A stretch of DNA of 62,670 nucleotides from positions 118,747 to 181,416 of the forward strand of contig DGYW01000058.1 in assembly GCA_002396805.1 (NCBI GenBank), read 5' to 3'. The DNA is from Firmicutes bacterium UBA4996. Lineage in GTDB: Bacteria; Bacillota; Limnochordia; Darwinibacteriales; Darwinibacteriaceae. The translations under genes and the position numbers were made by a program. The notes below the pieces were generated by a model. That model saw nothing but the letters and a program-made list of their open reading frames with translations. It did no database searches and was not told the DNA's origin. Positions within the stretch are counted from its first letter, which is position 1. Each line of letters begins with the position of its first letter. Positions 47,266 to 57,277 of the stretch are shown piece by piece.

Positions 47266-47823
47266 GTGGCTACCTTGCTAAAGCCCATGGATATTCATAA
47301 TGTGGAGTTCAAGCGTTCCTTTAAAGGCTATAATCCTGAAGAAGTGGATGATTATCTAGCCTCCATAGTCAGTAAGTACGAAACTGTTTATCAGGAGAAT
47401 CGTCGACTGCACGAAGAGCTCAAGGTACTACAGGAGGAAATGGAGGGGAAGGTACATCAAGAACAGGATGTTTTGGACCTCATTTCTCTCACAAAACAGA
47501 CTGTGCAAGAATTGAAGAACATGGCCAATCAAGAATCAGCCAGCGTGGTTCAAGCGGCTGAAGCGGAGGCTGAAAGAATTATTAGTGAAGCCCGCCTAGA
47601 AGCTCAGCGTTTGTTGTCCGATGCCGAAGAGCGACTGGCTAAGGCCCAAAGGGCGGAACAACAATTGCGAGAAAGAATCCGTCTGACTATGGAGTCTATT
47701 TGGAGTTCGCTTACTACTACCGCCGAAGAGTTCAAGATCACCGAGGCCACTCGACCATATCGAGAGATAGTACCTGCTTCCATCGAAGCGGATGATAAAG
47801 AAGCGCAGTTGACTTCTGACTAG
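47266..47823 (+). CDS. divIVA: DivIVA domain protein
   Basis: 185 aa. LKPMDIHNVEFKRSFKGYNPEEVDDYL lipid-binding N-terminus followed by a coiled coil. Confidence 0.88.
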   Translation: MATLLKPMDIHNVEFKRSFKGYNPEEVDDYLASIVSKYETVYQENRRLHEELKVLQEEMEGKVHQEQDVLDLISLTKQTVQELKNMANQESASVVQAAEAEAERIISEARLEAQRLLSDAEERLAKAQRAEQQLRERIRLTMESIWSSLTTTAEEFKITEATRPYREIVPASIEADDKEAQLTSD

Positions 47824-47838
47824 GGGTTAGGGTATAAT
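47809..47838 (+). promoter_or_regulatory. sigma-A promoter of the ileS leader
   Basis: TTGACT (47809-47814), N18, TATAAT (47833-47838). Confidence 0.7.
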
Positions 47839-47845
47839 GGCCATA

Positions 47846-48082
47846 ATATTGAAAAGACGATGAATAGGAGAGTACTGACTAAGATTGGGTACAGAGAGTC
47901 TGGTGAGCTGAAAACAGACCCCATGAATAGTTGAGGAAAATCACCTAGGAGTTGCTAGTCCGAATTTTAGTAAGCTAAGCCGGTGGTTACGTTAAAACCA
48001 GAAAGTGGAGGCATTGCTACAATGCCTTAACTAGGGTGGTACCGCGGGTTTCTCGTCCCTTTTTGGGGGGCGAGTTTTTTTA
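47846..48082 (+). promoter_or_regulatory. T-box riboswitch leader, Ile specifier (AUC)
   Basis: Stem I AGAGAG/GGTGAG elements. AUC followed by A at 47940-47943. T-box AACTAGGGTGGTACCGCG at 48029-48046. Terminator CTCGTCCC/GGGGCGAG plus T7 at 48052-48081. Confidence 0.9.
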
Positions 48083-48092
48083 TGGAAAATAA

Positions 48093-50891
48093 TTGGAGGA
48101 GTTGTTAGCCTTGGAAAAGGGTTCAGTGTATCAAAAAACACTACAGTTGCCGGTCACAGAATTTCCCATGCGGGGCAATTTGCCCACGCGGGAACCTCAA
48201 ATGTTAGCTCAGTGGGATCAAGAGGATTATTACGGCCAGCTGCAAAAGTTGGGCCAGGAGCAAAATAGACCCACATTTATTCTCCATGATGGTCCTCCTT
48301 ATGCCAATGGTGATATTCACATTGGGACTGCACTAAACAAGATTCTTAAAGATATTGTGATCCGTTCTCGGGCTTTAGCTGGCTATCGGGTGCCTTATGT
48401 ACCTGGGTGGGATACCCACGGCTTGCCCATCGAGCTCCATGTTGTCAGGGAGTTAGGTCAACGGCGAGAAGGTATGCCTGTTGACGTGTTGAGAGAGCAT
48501 TGTGCTAAGTACGCCTTAGAACAACTGGATATTCAGCGCCAGCAGTTTCGCCGTCTAGGAGTGTGGGGTGATTGGGAGTCGCCCTACGTGACCTTAGATC
48601 CCGAGTATGAAGCCATTCAGATTGAAGTCTTTGGCGAAATGGCTGAAAAGGGTTATGTGTATAAGGCACTCAAACCTGTCTACTGGTGTGCTGATTGTCA
48701 AACAGCTTTAGCCGAGGCGGAGATTGAATACGCAGATCATCGCTCGCCTAGTATCTTCGTGCGTTTCCCTGTAAAAGATGGTAAGGGAGTACTAAGCGAA
48801 CAGGACACTTACTTCGTAATCTGGACCACCACACCTTGGACCATTCCCGCCAACTTGGGAATTGCCTTACATCCTTATTACGATTACGTTTTGGTTCAGA
48901 CTGAGCGAGGGAGACTGATTCTAGCTAAAGAGTTAGCTGACAATGTGCTCCAAGAGCTAGCCCTTACTAATCAGGGAATCCTTGGCGAATTTAAGGGTAG
49001 TCAGTTGGAAGGTATTATCTGTTCCCATCCCCTTATGAACAGGGATTCGCTGGTGATTCTAGGTGATCACGTAACTCTAGAAGCAGGTACCGGGTGCGTT
49101 CATACTGCCCCAGGACACGGCCATGAAGACTATATCGTCGGTTTGCAATATGGCTTATCGATCTTATCACCTGTAGATGCCCAAGGTCGTTTTACTGATG
49201 AAGCAGGTCCCTACGCCGGACTCACTCTTGATGAGGGTAACAAGGCAGTGGTTCAGGATTTAGAAACCAATGGTGCTCTACTGAAGATGGACTTCGTGGA
49301 TCACTCCTATCCCCATTGTTGGCGTTGTAAGGAGCCGGTGATTTATCGTGCTACGGATCAATGGTTTGTATCTATTGACGGGTTTAGGACAGGTATGCTC
49401 ACAGCTATTAACGATGTCCAGTGGATTCCCAGTTGGGGTATTGATCGTATTGGTGGTATGATCGCAGATCGTGGTGATTGGTGCATTTCTCGTCAAAGAG
49501 TATGGGGTGTGCCTATCCCGGTTTTATATTGTGATTGCGGAGAGAATATTATCGCTCCAGAGACTATTAAGCACATTGCGGAAGTATTCCGGGTGGAGGG
49601 CTCTAATGCTTGGTACAGTAAGTCTGCTCAGGAACTGTTACCACAGGGTTACAGTTGCCCAGCTTGCGGTGGAAAATCCTTCCGCAAAGAGACCGATACC
49701 ATGGATGTCTGGTTTGACTCGGGCGTGTCCCATCAGGCAGTCTTGACTAGTCGCCCAGAACTCTCTTGGCCAGCGGATCTTTATCTGGAGGGTAGTGACC
49801 AACATCGGGGTTGGTTCCAATCTTCACTATCAACATCGGTGGCCACCACTGGGACAGCACCCTATAAGGCTGTGCTTACTCACGGTATGGTTGTGGATGG
49901 AGAAGGTAAGAAGATGTCCAAGTCCATTGGCAATGTAGTAGCACCCGAAGAAGTTTGGAAGAAATATGGTGCGGATGTGCTCCGTCTATGGGTGTCCTCA
50001 GCAGAATTTCGCGGCGATATCAGAATTTCTGACGATATTCTGAAGCAACTTTCCGAGGCCTATCGACGGATTCGAAATACTGCTCGCTTCATTTTGGGCA
50101 ATCTCCACGACTTTGAGCCAGATCGTCATGCTGTTCCCTACGAGGAAATGGAAGAACTTGATCGCTGGGCCCTAATGAAACTCGCTAAATTAAGCGATCG
50201 CATGCGTAAGGCCTATGAGAAGTATGATTTCCACCTTGCTTACTATGCGGTTCATCAGTTTTGCTCAGTAGATTTAGGTGGCTTTTACTTGGATGTGCTA
50301 AAGGATCGCTTGTATTGTGATAAACCTAATGGTCGTGAACGGCGTTCGGCACAAACCGCGTTCACAGTGATCATTAAGGAGCTTGCTCAGTTGATAGCTC
50401 CAATTTTGGTTTTTACTTCTGAGGAAATCTGGCAACATCTGCCTGAACAGACTAGGTGTGAAAAGAGCGTGCACTTTAGTACATGGCAAGAAATGCCTCA
50501 AGAGTATCGAGATCCACAATTAGAACAACGCTGGGATGAGTTTTTAGAACTGCGCAGAGTAGTCTCTAAATCCCTTGAGTTGGCCAGAGCCGACAAGGTC
50601 ATTGGAGCGGCTAACGAAGCCCAGGTGGTCATCTATGCCAATGAGCAAATGCGAGCGATTTTAGATGCATTCTCCGCTGATCTACGCTTGTTGTTCATCG
50701 TATCTAGTGTGGAAGTGCTTCCCTTTGACGAGGGGCAAGGGGCCCTCTATGGCGAAGAAGGTATCGCTGTTGATGTCCAACGCGCCACCGGAGAAAAGTG
50801 TGAGAGATGTTGGAAATACTTTTCAGAAATGAGTTCTGATCCGGAGCATACCCAGATTTGCCAGCGTTGTCTTGACGCCATTCAAAGCTAG
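48093..50891 (+). CDS. ileS: isoleucine--tRNA ligase (start codon uncertain within the first ~12 codons)
   Basis: 932 aa. PPYANGDIHIGT (HIGH), KMSKS, CP1 editing domain, and a C-terminal CxxC...CxxC zinc finger. Conserved N-terminus starts around YQKTLQLPVTEFPMRGNL. Confidence 0.95.
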   Translation: MEELLALEKGSVYQKTLQLPVTEFPMRGNLPTREPQMLAQWDQEDYYGQLQKLGQEQNRPTFILHDGPPYANGDIHIGTALNKILKDIVIRSRALAGYRVPYVPGWDTHGLPIELHVVRELGQRREGMPVDVLREHCAKYALEQLDIQRQQFRRLGVWGDWESPYVTLDPEYEAIQIEVFGEMAEKGYVYKALKPVYWCADCQTALAEAEIEYADHRSPSIFVRFPVKDGKGVLSEQDTYFVIWTTTPWTIPANLGIALHPYYDYVLVQTERGRLILAKELADNVLQELALTNQGILGEFKGSQLEGIICSHPLMNRDSLVILGDHVTLEAGTGCVHTAPGHGHEDYIVGLQYGLSILSPVDAQGRFTDEAGPYAGLTLDEGNKAVVQDLETNGALLKMDFVDHSYPHCWRCKEPVIYRATDQWFVSIDGFRTGMLTAINDVQWIPSWGIDRIGGMIADRGDWCISRQRVWGVPIPVLYCDCGENIIAPETIKHIAEVFRVEGSNAWYSKSAQELLPQGYSCPACGGKSFRKETDTMDVWFDSGVSHQAVLTSRPELSWPADLYLEGSDQHRGWFQSSLSTSVATTGTAPYKAVLTHGMVVDGEGKKMSKSIGNVVAPEEVWKKYGADVLRLWVSSAEFRGDIRISDDILKQLSEAYRRIRNTARFILGNLHDFEPDRHAVPYEEMEELDRWALMKLAKLSDRMRKAYEKYDFHLAYYAVHQFCSVDLGGFYLDVLKDRLYCDKPNGRERRSAQTAFTVIIKELAQLIAPILVFTSEEIWQHLPEQTRCEKSVHFSTWQEMPQEYRDPQLEQRWDEFLELRRVVSKSLELARADKVIGAANEAQVVIYANEQMRAILDAFSADLRLLFIVSSVEVLPFDEGQGALYGEEGIAVDVQRATGEKCERCWKYFSEMSSDPEHTQICQRCLDAIQS

Positions 50892-50899
50892 CTCATAAG

Positions 50900-50937
50900 C
50901 AAACCCCCAATCGTAGCGAATACGAGAGGGGGTTTTG
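50900..50937 (+). terminator. intrinsic terminator after ileS
   Basis: AAACCCCC (50901-50908) / GGGGGTTT (50928-50935) with a 19-nt loop and a short T-run. Confidence 0.6.
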
Positions 50938-50962
50938 CATACTCTAAAGGAAGAAGGGGCGT

Positions 50963-51277
50963 ATGACTATGGCGAACAAGATCAGCTCTGGCTTGGTGCA
51001 AAACCTTCTACAGAAACTTGAAGAACTAAACGAATCTCTGGAAAAAGCCAGCATCGCAGAATATATCGAATTATACCGAAAACCTAGGCGATTGCTCTAT
51101 CTCAATTTCCTAGCTGGAATAGTCCGTGGTTTTGGGATCGCCATTGGTTTTACTGTAGTAGGGGCCTTTTTTCTCTATGGCTTGGGAAAAATCGCCTCTC
51201 TCAATCTGCCGGTAGTTGGGGAATTTGTTGCCGAGATCACCCGCATTGTCCAAAACGAGTTGGCCCGGAGGCCTTAG
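50963..51277 (+). CDS. small membrane protein (DUF5665-like)
   Basis: 104 aa. YRKPRRLLYLNFLAGIVRGFGIAIGFTVVGA with one or two TM helices. Confidence 0.45.
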   Translation: MTMANKISSGLVQNLLQKLEELNESLEKASIAEYIELYRKPRRLLYLNFLAGIVRGFGIAIGFTVVGAFFLYGLGKIASLNLPVVGEFVAEITRIVQNELARRP

Positions 51278-51286
51278 GAGGCAAAT

Positions 51287-51784
51287 ATGAGGAAACAACG
51301 CATTAACCAGTTGGAGCAGATGTTAGCGGAAGAAAAAGAGAAGCTCTTGGAGGTGGAGGCTAGTTTAGCTGGTGTAGGTGGTCTAGGTCAACCCATGGAT
51401 GTAGCCGATACTGAGCTTTCTGCTTATGACAATCATCCTGGAGATTATGGCTCGCAAATGTACGAGCGTAGTAAGGACTTTGGTCTACTACAAATTACAA
51501 GGGAGCACATTGCCGAGATTGAAGAGGCCCAAAAGGCCATAAGGGAGGGGAGCTACGGCTATTGTCGCAATTGTGGGCTTCCCATTCCTGAACCACGATT
51601 ACATGCCCTTCCTCGCACCTTGTTATGTGTGCAGTGTAAACGGGAGCAAGAGGATCGGGATCTTAATGATCGTCCCGTTGAAGAGGAGGTGATGTATCCC
51701 CCCTTCGGAGGTAGTCTGGATAGGGAAGACGCTTGGGAGGCAGTAGCTCGCTATGGGACTTCTAGTTATGTGGATAAAGATTAG
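51287..51784 (+). CDS. ylyA: TraR/DksA family C4 zinc-finger protein, YlyA/YteA-like
   Basis: 165 aa. Coiled-coil N-terminus and CRNCGLPIPEPRLHALPRTLLCVQC zinc finger. ileS-ylyA-lspA-rluD synteny as in Bacillus. Confidence 0.7.
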   Translation: MRKQRINQLEQMLAEEKEKLLEVEASLAGVGGLGQPMDVADTELSAYDNHPGDYGSQMYERSKDFGLLQITREHIAEIEEAQKAIREGSYGYCRNCGLPIPEPRLHALPRTLLCVQCKREQEDRDLNDRPVEEEVMYPPFGGSLDREDAWEAVARYGTSSYVDKD

Positions 51785-51845
51785 GGTAGGCAGGGAAATT
51801 CTTTCCAACGCAGAATTAAGGAGAGATAGAACGTAGGAAGGAGCC

Positions 51846-52298
51846 ATGCTGTTGAACTATGTGCTTTTAGCTGGCTTTATCTTGATTTGCGATCGCCTGT
51901 CGAAGTTCTTGGTCATGAATAGGATGATAGAAGGAGAGAGTATTCCTATCATACCATCCTTTCTCTATCTAACCTATGTCCGCAACCAAGGGGCGGCCTT
52001 TGGTTTTCTGCAGGGTCAGGTAATATTTCTTTCGGCTATTGCCGTTGTGTGTCTTTTATTCATTTTGACCCAATGGAAAAAGATCATGGAAAGAGGTCCC
52101 TTTGTAAGGTGGGGTGTAGTAATAAGCTTAGTTGGGGCCATTGGCAATCTCATCGATCGTCTCCGCTGGGGAGCGGTTATTGACTTTGTGGATGTGATAA
52201 TTTTTCCCCCGATTTTTAATATTGCTGATGTGGCCATAGTGTTCGGGGTGGCACTCCTTTTTTGGGAGGTTTTAGTTAATGACCGCAAGGCCAGCTAA
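51846..52298 (+). CDS. lspA: lipoprotein signal peptidase II
   Basis: 150 aa. YVRNQGAAFG, GAIGNLIDR, VIDF, and FNIADV motifs. Confidence 0.92.
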   Translation: MLLNYVLLAGFILICDRLSKFLVMNRMIEGESIPIIPSFLYLTYVRNQGAAFGFLQGQVIFLSAIAVVCLLFILTQWKKIMERGPFVRWGVVISLVGAIGNLIDRLRWGAVIDFVDVIIFPPIFNIADVAIVFGVALLFWEVLVNDRKAS

Positions 52299-53199
52299 GG
52301 ATCTCCAATTTACAGTGAGTCAAGATCCTAACCTGCGTTTGGATCTTTGGCTGAGTGAACGTGTGGGTCTTAGCCGTTCCCAATTGAAGAAGATGATTGA
52401 TCAAGGGAGCGTTTTAGTTAACGGAGTAACTGCTAAGGGTGGTTATCGCCTGCAGTTAGGCGATCAACTCGTGGTTACACTACCAGAGGTAGAGACTCCC
52501 TCATTACAGCCGGAGCCCATACCGTTGGAGATTGTCTACGAAGATGAATATTTAGCAGTGGTTAACAAGCCTAAAGACCTAGTGGTGCATCCAGGGGCAG
52601 GTAACTTAGATGGGACTCTTGTGAACGCCTTGCTATTTCACGTTGGTAAATTAGCAGGGGGCGATGAAGAATTGCGCCCCGGAATAGTCCACCGTTTGGA
52701 CAAGGATACTAGCGGATTAATGATGATTGCTAAGACGCAAGAAAGCTACGCCTTTCTTAGCCATCAGCTAAAAGAGCGTTTGGTAGAAAGGCATTATCTC
52801 GCTCTGGTGCAGGGTGTTGTTTCCGCCGATGAGGGAATTATTGATCGTCCCTTAGGGCGCCATCCCAAGAATCGCAAAAAAATGGCGATCCTAGAGACGG
52901 GGCGAGAAGCCCAGACTTATTACAGCGTGCAAGAACGTTTTGCGAAACACTCTTTAGTATTGTGCCGTTTAGTGACTGGCAGAACCCATCAAATTCGCGT
53001 ACACTTAGCGAGTTTGCACCACCCCATAGTGGGCGATCCTCTCTATGGGTTTAAAACAAACAATCTAGGGGCCACAAGTCAGGTTCTCCAAGCTGTTTAC
53101 CTGGGATTTAGGCATCCTCAAGGGGAATATTTAAGATTTGAGATTGACCTTGATCGTGAACTTCAAGAAATTGTGCAAAAAGCCCGTTTGCTTAATTGA
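52279..53199 (+). CDS. rluD: RluA family 23S rRNA pseudouridine synthase (RluD-like)
   Basis: 306 aa. S4 domain, HRLDKDTSGLMM catalytic motif, and TGRTHQIRVH. Confidence 0.92.
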   Translation: MTARPAKDLQFTVSQDPNLRLDLWLSERVGLSRSQLKKMIDQGSVLVNGVTAKGGYRLQLGDQLVVTLPEVETPSLQPEPIPLEIVYEDEYLAVVNKPKDLVVHPGAGNLDGTLVNALLFHVGKLAGGDEELRPGIVHRLDKDTSGLMMIAKTQESYAFLSHQLKERLVERHYLALVQGVVSADEGIIDRPLGRHPKNRKKMAILETGREAQTYYSVQERFAKHSLVLCRLVTGRTHQIRVHLASLHHPIVGDPLYGFKTNNLGATSQVLQAVYLGFRHPQGEYLRFEIDLDRELQEIVQKARLLN

Positions 53200-53224
53200 C
53201 AAGCTGTGGCTTTTGGTGTAATCT
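53196..53224 (+). promoter_or_regulatory. sigma-A promoter of the pyr leader
   Basis: TTGACA (53196-53201, overlapping the rluD stop), N17, TAATCT (53219-53224). Confidence 0.55.
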
Positions 53225-53239
53225 TTAGTAAGAATGATG

Positions 53240-53892
<653 letters not shown>

Positions 53893-53930
53893 AACCTTTA
53901 AGTGGGTCCTGTGAGACCCGGAAGGAGGAA
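53893..53930 (+). promoter_or_regulatory. second PyrR-binding-like hairpin abutting the pyrP RBS
   Basis: CCTTTAAGT repeated, then GGGTC CTGTGA GACCC (53904-53919) followed directly by GGAAGGAGG (53920-53928). No terminator follows. Confidence 0.55.
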
Positions 53931-53935
53931 CATTG

Positions 53936-55177
53936 ATGAATTCGACTATTGGTAGCCAACAAAAGCTAGGTGTCGGACAGAACTTAGCTTTAGGTTTTCA
54001 GCATCTATTCGCCATGTTTGGAGCAACAGTTTTGGTACCTGTTTTGACTGGACTTGATCCGGCTGTAGCCTTATTTTCGTCAGGCACTGGCACTCTCCTA
54101 TTCATGCTTGTCACTAAGGGTAAAGTTCCAGCATATCTAGGCTCTTCTTTTGCCTTTATTGCACCTATAATTAGTGTTTCTGGCTTATGGGGCATTCAGT
54201 ACGCTCTTGGTGGGGCGGTGGCGGTAGGCTTAGTGTACATCGCAATTGCCCTAATTATCTCCAAGATTGGATTAGACTGGATAGACAGAGTTTTACCTTC
54301 GGTTGTCATTGGCTCAGTAATCATGGTCATCGGTTTGGGTCTTGCATCAACGGCAGTGGATATGGCTGGTTTTACTGGTGGCGGATCCCTCGCTAATGCC
54401 GATGTAAGGATTGCCTTATTTACCTTAGTGGTCACAGTAATTGGTACTATGTTCTTTAAGGGATTCTTCGCTGTAGTGCCTATTCTCATCGGGATTGTTG
54501 CCGGTTATATTTTTGCCATTACCCAAGGAGCTATTGACTTTACGCCTGTGAAGGAAGCGGCTTGGATTGGCTTACCGCAATTTGTTGCTCCGAAATTTAG
54601 CGCGGCAGCCATCGCCATGATGTTACCTGTTGCTCTTGTCTCAATTACTGAACACTTAGGCGATGTGATGGTTCTCAGTAGAGTGACAGGAAATGATTTT
54701 TATCGATCACCTGGTTTACATCGAACATTGTTAGGCGACGGATTGGCTACTTCCTGGGCAGGATTATGGGGGGGACCACCTAACACGACTTATGGCGAAA
54801 ACATTGGTGTTATGGCTATCACACAGGTTTTTAGTGTATCCGTTATTCGTACAGCTGCCATGATCGCCATAGTTCTTTCCTTTGTGCAAAAAATGGGTGC
54901 TCTGATTTCTACAATTCCAGCTCCAGTTATGGGTGGCGTTTCTATCGTACTATTTGGGGTCATCGCAGCTTCCGGAATCAGAACTCTAGTGGAAAGTGGC
55001 ATAGACTATGGTGATAAACGTAATCTAGTTATTTCCTCAGTAATCTTAGTTTTAGGGATTGGCGGCGCCGAACTTGGTCTTGGACCAGTGAAACTTCATG
55101 GTATGGCTCTGGCCACTGTAGCAGGAATCATTCTCAATCTTGTTTTACCTAAGAACGGGAAGGAAATGTCTGAATAG
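53936..55177 (+). CDS. pyrP: uracil permease (NCS2 family)
   Basis: ~413 aa polytopic. GFQHLFAMFGATVLVP and ITEHLGD motifs. pyrR-pyrP order as in Bacillus. Confidence 0.9.
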   Translation: MNSTIGSQQKLGVGQNLALGFQHLFAMFGATVLVPVLTGLDPAVALFSSGTGTLLFMLVTKGKVPAYLGSSFAFIAPIISVSGLWGIQYALGGAVAVGLVYIAIALIISKIGLDWIDRVLPSVVIGSVIMVIGLGLASTAVDMAGFTGGGSLANADVRIALFTLVVTVIGTMFFKGFFAVVPILIGIVAGYIFAITQGAIDFTPVKEAAWIGLPQFVAPKFSAAAIAMMLPVALVSITEHLGDVMVLSRVTGNDFYRSPGLHRTLLGDGLATSWAGLWGGPPNTTYGENIGVMAITQVFSVSVIRTAAMIAIVLSFVQKMGALISTIPAPVMGGVSIVLFGVIAASGIRTLVESGIDYGDKRNLVISSVILVLGIGGAELGLGPVKLHGMALATVAGIILNLVLPKNGKEMSE

Positions 55178-55187
55178 CAGAAAAAGA

Positions 55188-55215
55188 CGAGAGGAGCCTG
55201 ATGGCTCCTCTTATT
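55188..55215 (+). terminator. intrinsic terminator after pyrP
   Basis: GAGGAGCC TGAT GGCTCCTC (55191-55210) followed by TTATT. Confidence 0.75.
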
Positions 55216-55452
55216 CGCGTAAACTAGGCAAAACAACGATTAGGGAAACTGTTCAATGGGTGTGAATACTCTAGCACAGTTGATGTGTGTTCTTCGCTGA
55301 TCACCGTAGAGACGAGCGGGTAGCCTTTTATCCCTAATCATCAAACGTCTTACCTAAGTTTACGTTGTTGGCGACGTCTCTTGCGGTGCACATTGAGCAA
55401 TTGGTCTACCCTCAACCTTATTTTGAACAACAAAATTAAGAATTATTCACTT

Positions 55453-56076
55453 TTAGAAAAAAAGCTTGAATAACCCGAGAAAAAGTATGATGGTCCCCGG
55501 GACCCAGCGCCAATCCTGCTGTTTTTTGGGGTCATCAACTAGACTTGCCCCAACTTTGAGGCCTTGCGATATAAACACTAGGCTGGCAAGCATTACGGCC
55601 ATTGTAGTGGGCCAAACTGGCAAGGTTAAGACAGCTGCACCAAAGCCAGCAGCAGTTGCGTCGAGAGCCAAGGCACCGCCTAGAATTAGTGCTTCTGCAG
55701 ATGTAATATGTTTGGACTGATCAGCATCTGCACTCAAGGGTTCTTTGAATACTTGAATAATCAGACCCAAAACTGGAATACGCCAGTTAATTAGAACGCC
55801 TGAGACTTGGGGGACACGATAGTTGCGCCATAGGCTGTAGAAACCTAGGGCAAGAAAAATAACGCCCCCTAGAATAGTTGTTAAACGTGGGTCCAACCGC
55901 CGTTCAAAAAGAGCGCCTAGGAGCATGGTCACTAAAAAAGTGCAACCGGAAACTAAACTCAACACCACGTTAGACCACAGGGGGATGGTAATGCGGTTTA
56001 GACCGTAGGTGATTCCAATGGCCAGCGCGTCGAAACTCACAGCAATGGCAAGGAAGACCACTGATAACAATACCAT
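55453..56076 (-). CDS. ytaF: sporulation membrane protein YtaF (MntP/DUF204 family)
   Basis: 207 aa. LAIAVSFDALAIGITYGLNRITIP N-terminus, ~6 TM. A CATACTAT element ~35 nt upstream resembles mother-cell sigma -10 boxes (weak). Confidence 0.7.
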   Translation of the reverse strand: MVLLSVVFLAIAVSFDALAIGITYGLNRITIPLWSNVVLSLVSGCTFLVTMLLGALFERRLDPRLTTILGGVIFLALGFYSLWRNYRVPQVSGVLINWRIPVLGLIIQVFKEPLSADADQSKHITSAEALILGGALALDATAAGFGAAVLTLPVWPTTMAVMLASLVFISQGLKVGASLVDDPKKQQDWRWVPGTIILFLGLFKLFF

Positions 56077-56142
56077 AGAAACTACCTCCTCTTCTCATTC
56101 TTCATAGTATGGATAAAGTGAGGTAGATGTGTAGGTTAACCC

Positions 56143-56171
56143 TTGACAGCTGAGGCTAAAGGTGGTAATAT
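56143..56171 (+). promoter_or_regulatory. sigma-A promoter driving tRNA-Cys
   Basis: TTGACA (56143-56148), N17 with TGg, TAATAT (56166-56171), ~13 nt before the tRNA 5' end. Confidence 0.75.
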
Positions 56172-56184
56172 TTAATTTGCTTGA

Positions 56185-56259
56185 GGCGGCATAGCCAAGT
56201 GGTAAGGCAGAGCTCTGCAAAAGCTCCATTCCCCAGTTCAAATCTGGGTGCCGCCTCCA
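56185..56259 (+). tRNA. tRNA-Cys (GCA), CCA encoded
   Basis: Acceptor GGCGGCA/TGCCGCC, anticodon stem GAGCT/AGCTC with loop CTGCAAA, T-arm CCCAG TTCAAAT CTGGG, 3' TCCA. Confidence 0.93.
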
Positions 56260-56298
56260 TTTTATTTGCATTCAACATGGCAAAGGGGGGAGTCATTC

Positions 56299-56433
56299 AT
56301 GGCTAAAGCCAAAAGAGGAAAGAATATTAAAACCCTTGGTTGGAGAGGGACCTGCCCCTCTTGCCAAAAGTCTGGTGTGAAATTACTTTGGGAAAAAGAT
56401 AGTGCCAAAGTCTGCAAAGCATGTGGTAAATAG
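56299..56433 (+). CDS. 44-aa CxxC...CxxC zinc-ribbon mini-protein
   Basis: MAKAKRGKNIKTLGWRGTCPSCQKSGVKLLWEKDSAKVCKACGK. GGGGGGAG RBS 8 nt upstream. A terminator follows directly. Confidence 0.55.
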   Translation: MAKAKRGKNIKTLGWRGTCPSCQKSGVKLLWEKDSAKVCKACGK

Positions 56434-56443
56434 AGATATTAAG

Positions 56444-56467
56444 AAACGGCTCAACGCCGTTTTTTTG
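56444..56467 (+). terminator. intrinsic terminator after the mini-protein gene
   Basis: AAACGGC TCAAC GCCGTTT followed by a T-run. Confidence 0.75.
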
Positions 56468-56472
56468 TATAA

Positions 56473-56510
56473 GAAAAAGACCTGGATTTGAGTCCAGGTC
56501 TCATTTTTTT
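56473..56510. terminator. bidirectional terminator (serves rpsD on the minus strand)
   Basis: GACCTGGA TTTGAG TCCAGGTC (56479-56500) flanked by an A-run and a T-run. Confidence 0.75.
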
Positions 56511-56517
56511 GCCCATG

Positions 56518-57117
56518 CTATTTGGAGTAGAACTCAACGATTTCAGCTTCGTTAATGTCTGGGTTGAGTTCATCACGACGAGGTAACCTGATATACTGAC
56601 CGGTTCTGGAATTCTCATCATAGCTGAGATATTCAGGAACATTGGGGCGTACCTCTAGAGCATCTTCAACAACTACTAGGTTGCGGCTCTTTTCTCGTAA
56701 ACCAATTGTATCGCCAACACTTACGCGATAGCTGGGGATATCAACTTTGTGGCCATTCACGGTAATGTGACCGTGGGTGACTAATTGTCTGGCACCTGCT
56801 CTGCTACGGGCAAACCCGAGGCGGAAGACGAGGTTGTCTAGGCGAGATTCTAAAAGAATCATGAAGTTTTCGCCGGTAATACCAGGCATCTTAGCGGCCT
56901 CTTGAAAGAGGTTTCTAAATTGCTTTTCGCCTAATCCGTAAAGAAAACGAAGCTTTTGTTTTTCTTGTAGTTGCAGTCCATAGTTGCTTTGTTTGCGGCG
57001 ACCTTGACCGTGCTGCCCCGGTGGATATGGACGTTTCCGCAGCTCTTTTCCAGTTTCGCTTAGGGAAAATCCTAAACGTCTACTTACTTTCCACGTTGGA
57101 CCCGTGTAACGTGACAT
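56518..57117 (-). CDS. rpsD: 30S ribosomal protein S4
   Basis: 199 aa. [16 protein letters not shown]..., S4 domain. Confidence 0.97.
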   Translation of the reverse strand: MSRYTGPTWKVSRRLGFSLSETGKELRKRPYPPGQHGQGRRKQSNYGLQLQEKQKLRFLYGLGEKQFRNLFQEAAKMPGITGENFMILLESRLDNLVFRLGFARSRAGARQLVTHGHITVNGHKVDIPSYRVSVGDTIGLREKSRNLVVVEDALEVRPNVPEYLSYDENSRTGQYIRLPRRDELNPDINEAEIVEFYSK

Positions 57118-57277
57118 GTACTTCTCTCCAATCCTAATCTAATCTTTTTACCAAAGCAGCCGCGCCTTGTAAATCTTTCTCTCATAAGGATACCACATTT
57201 CTTTAAATTTGCAAGGGTAATTTGTCTATCTTTAGTGGGTAAGCTAAACCAAAAGATGACGAGGGGAGAGCACCGAG

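Noticed and set aside
56077-56142. Possible yybP-ykoY (Mn) riboswitch upstream of the MntP-family ytaF gene.
   Set aside because: The upstream spacer is short and shared with the divergent tRNA-Cys promoter. I could find no four-way-junction-type conserved elements. YtaF-type members are sporulation genes rather than riboswitch-controlled exporters.
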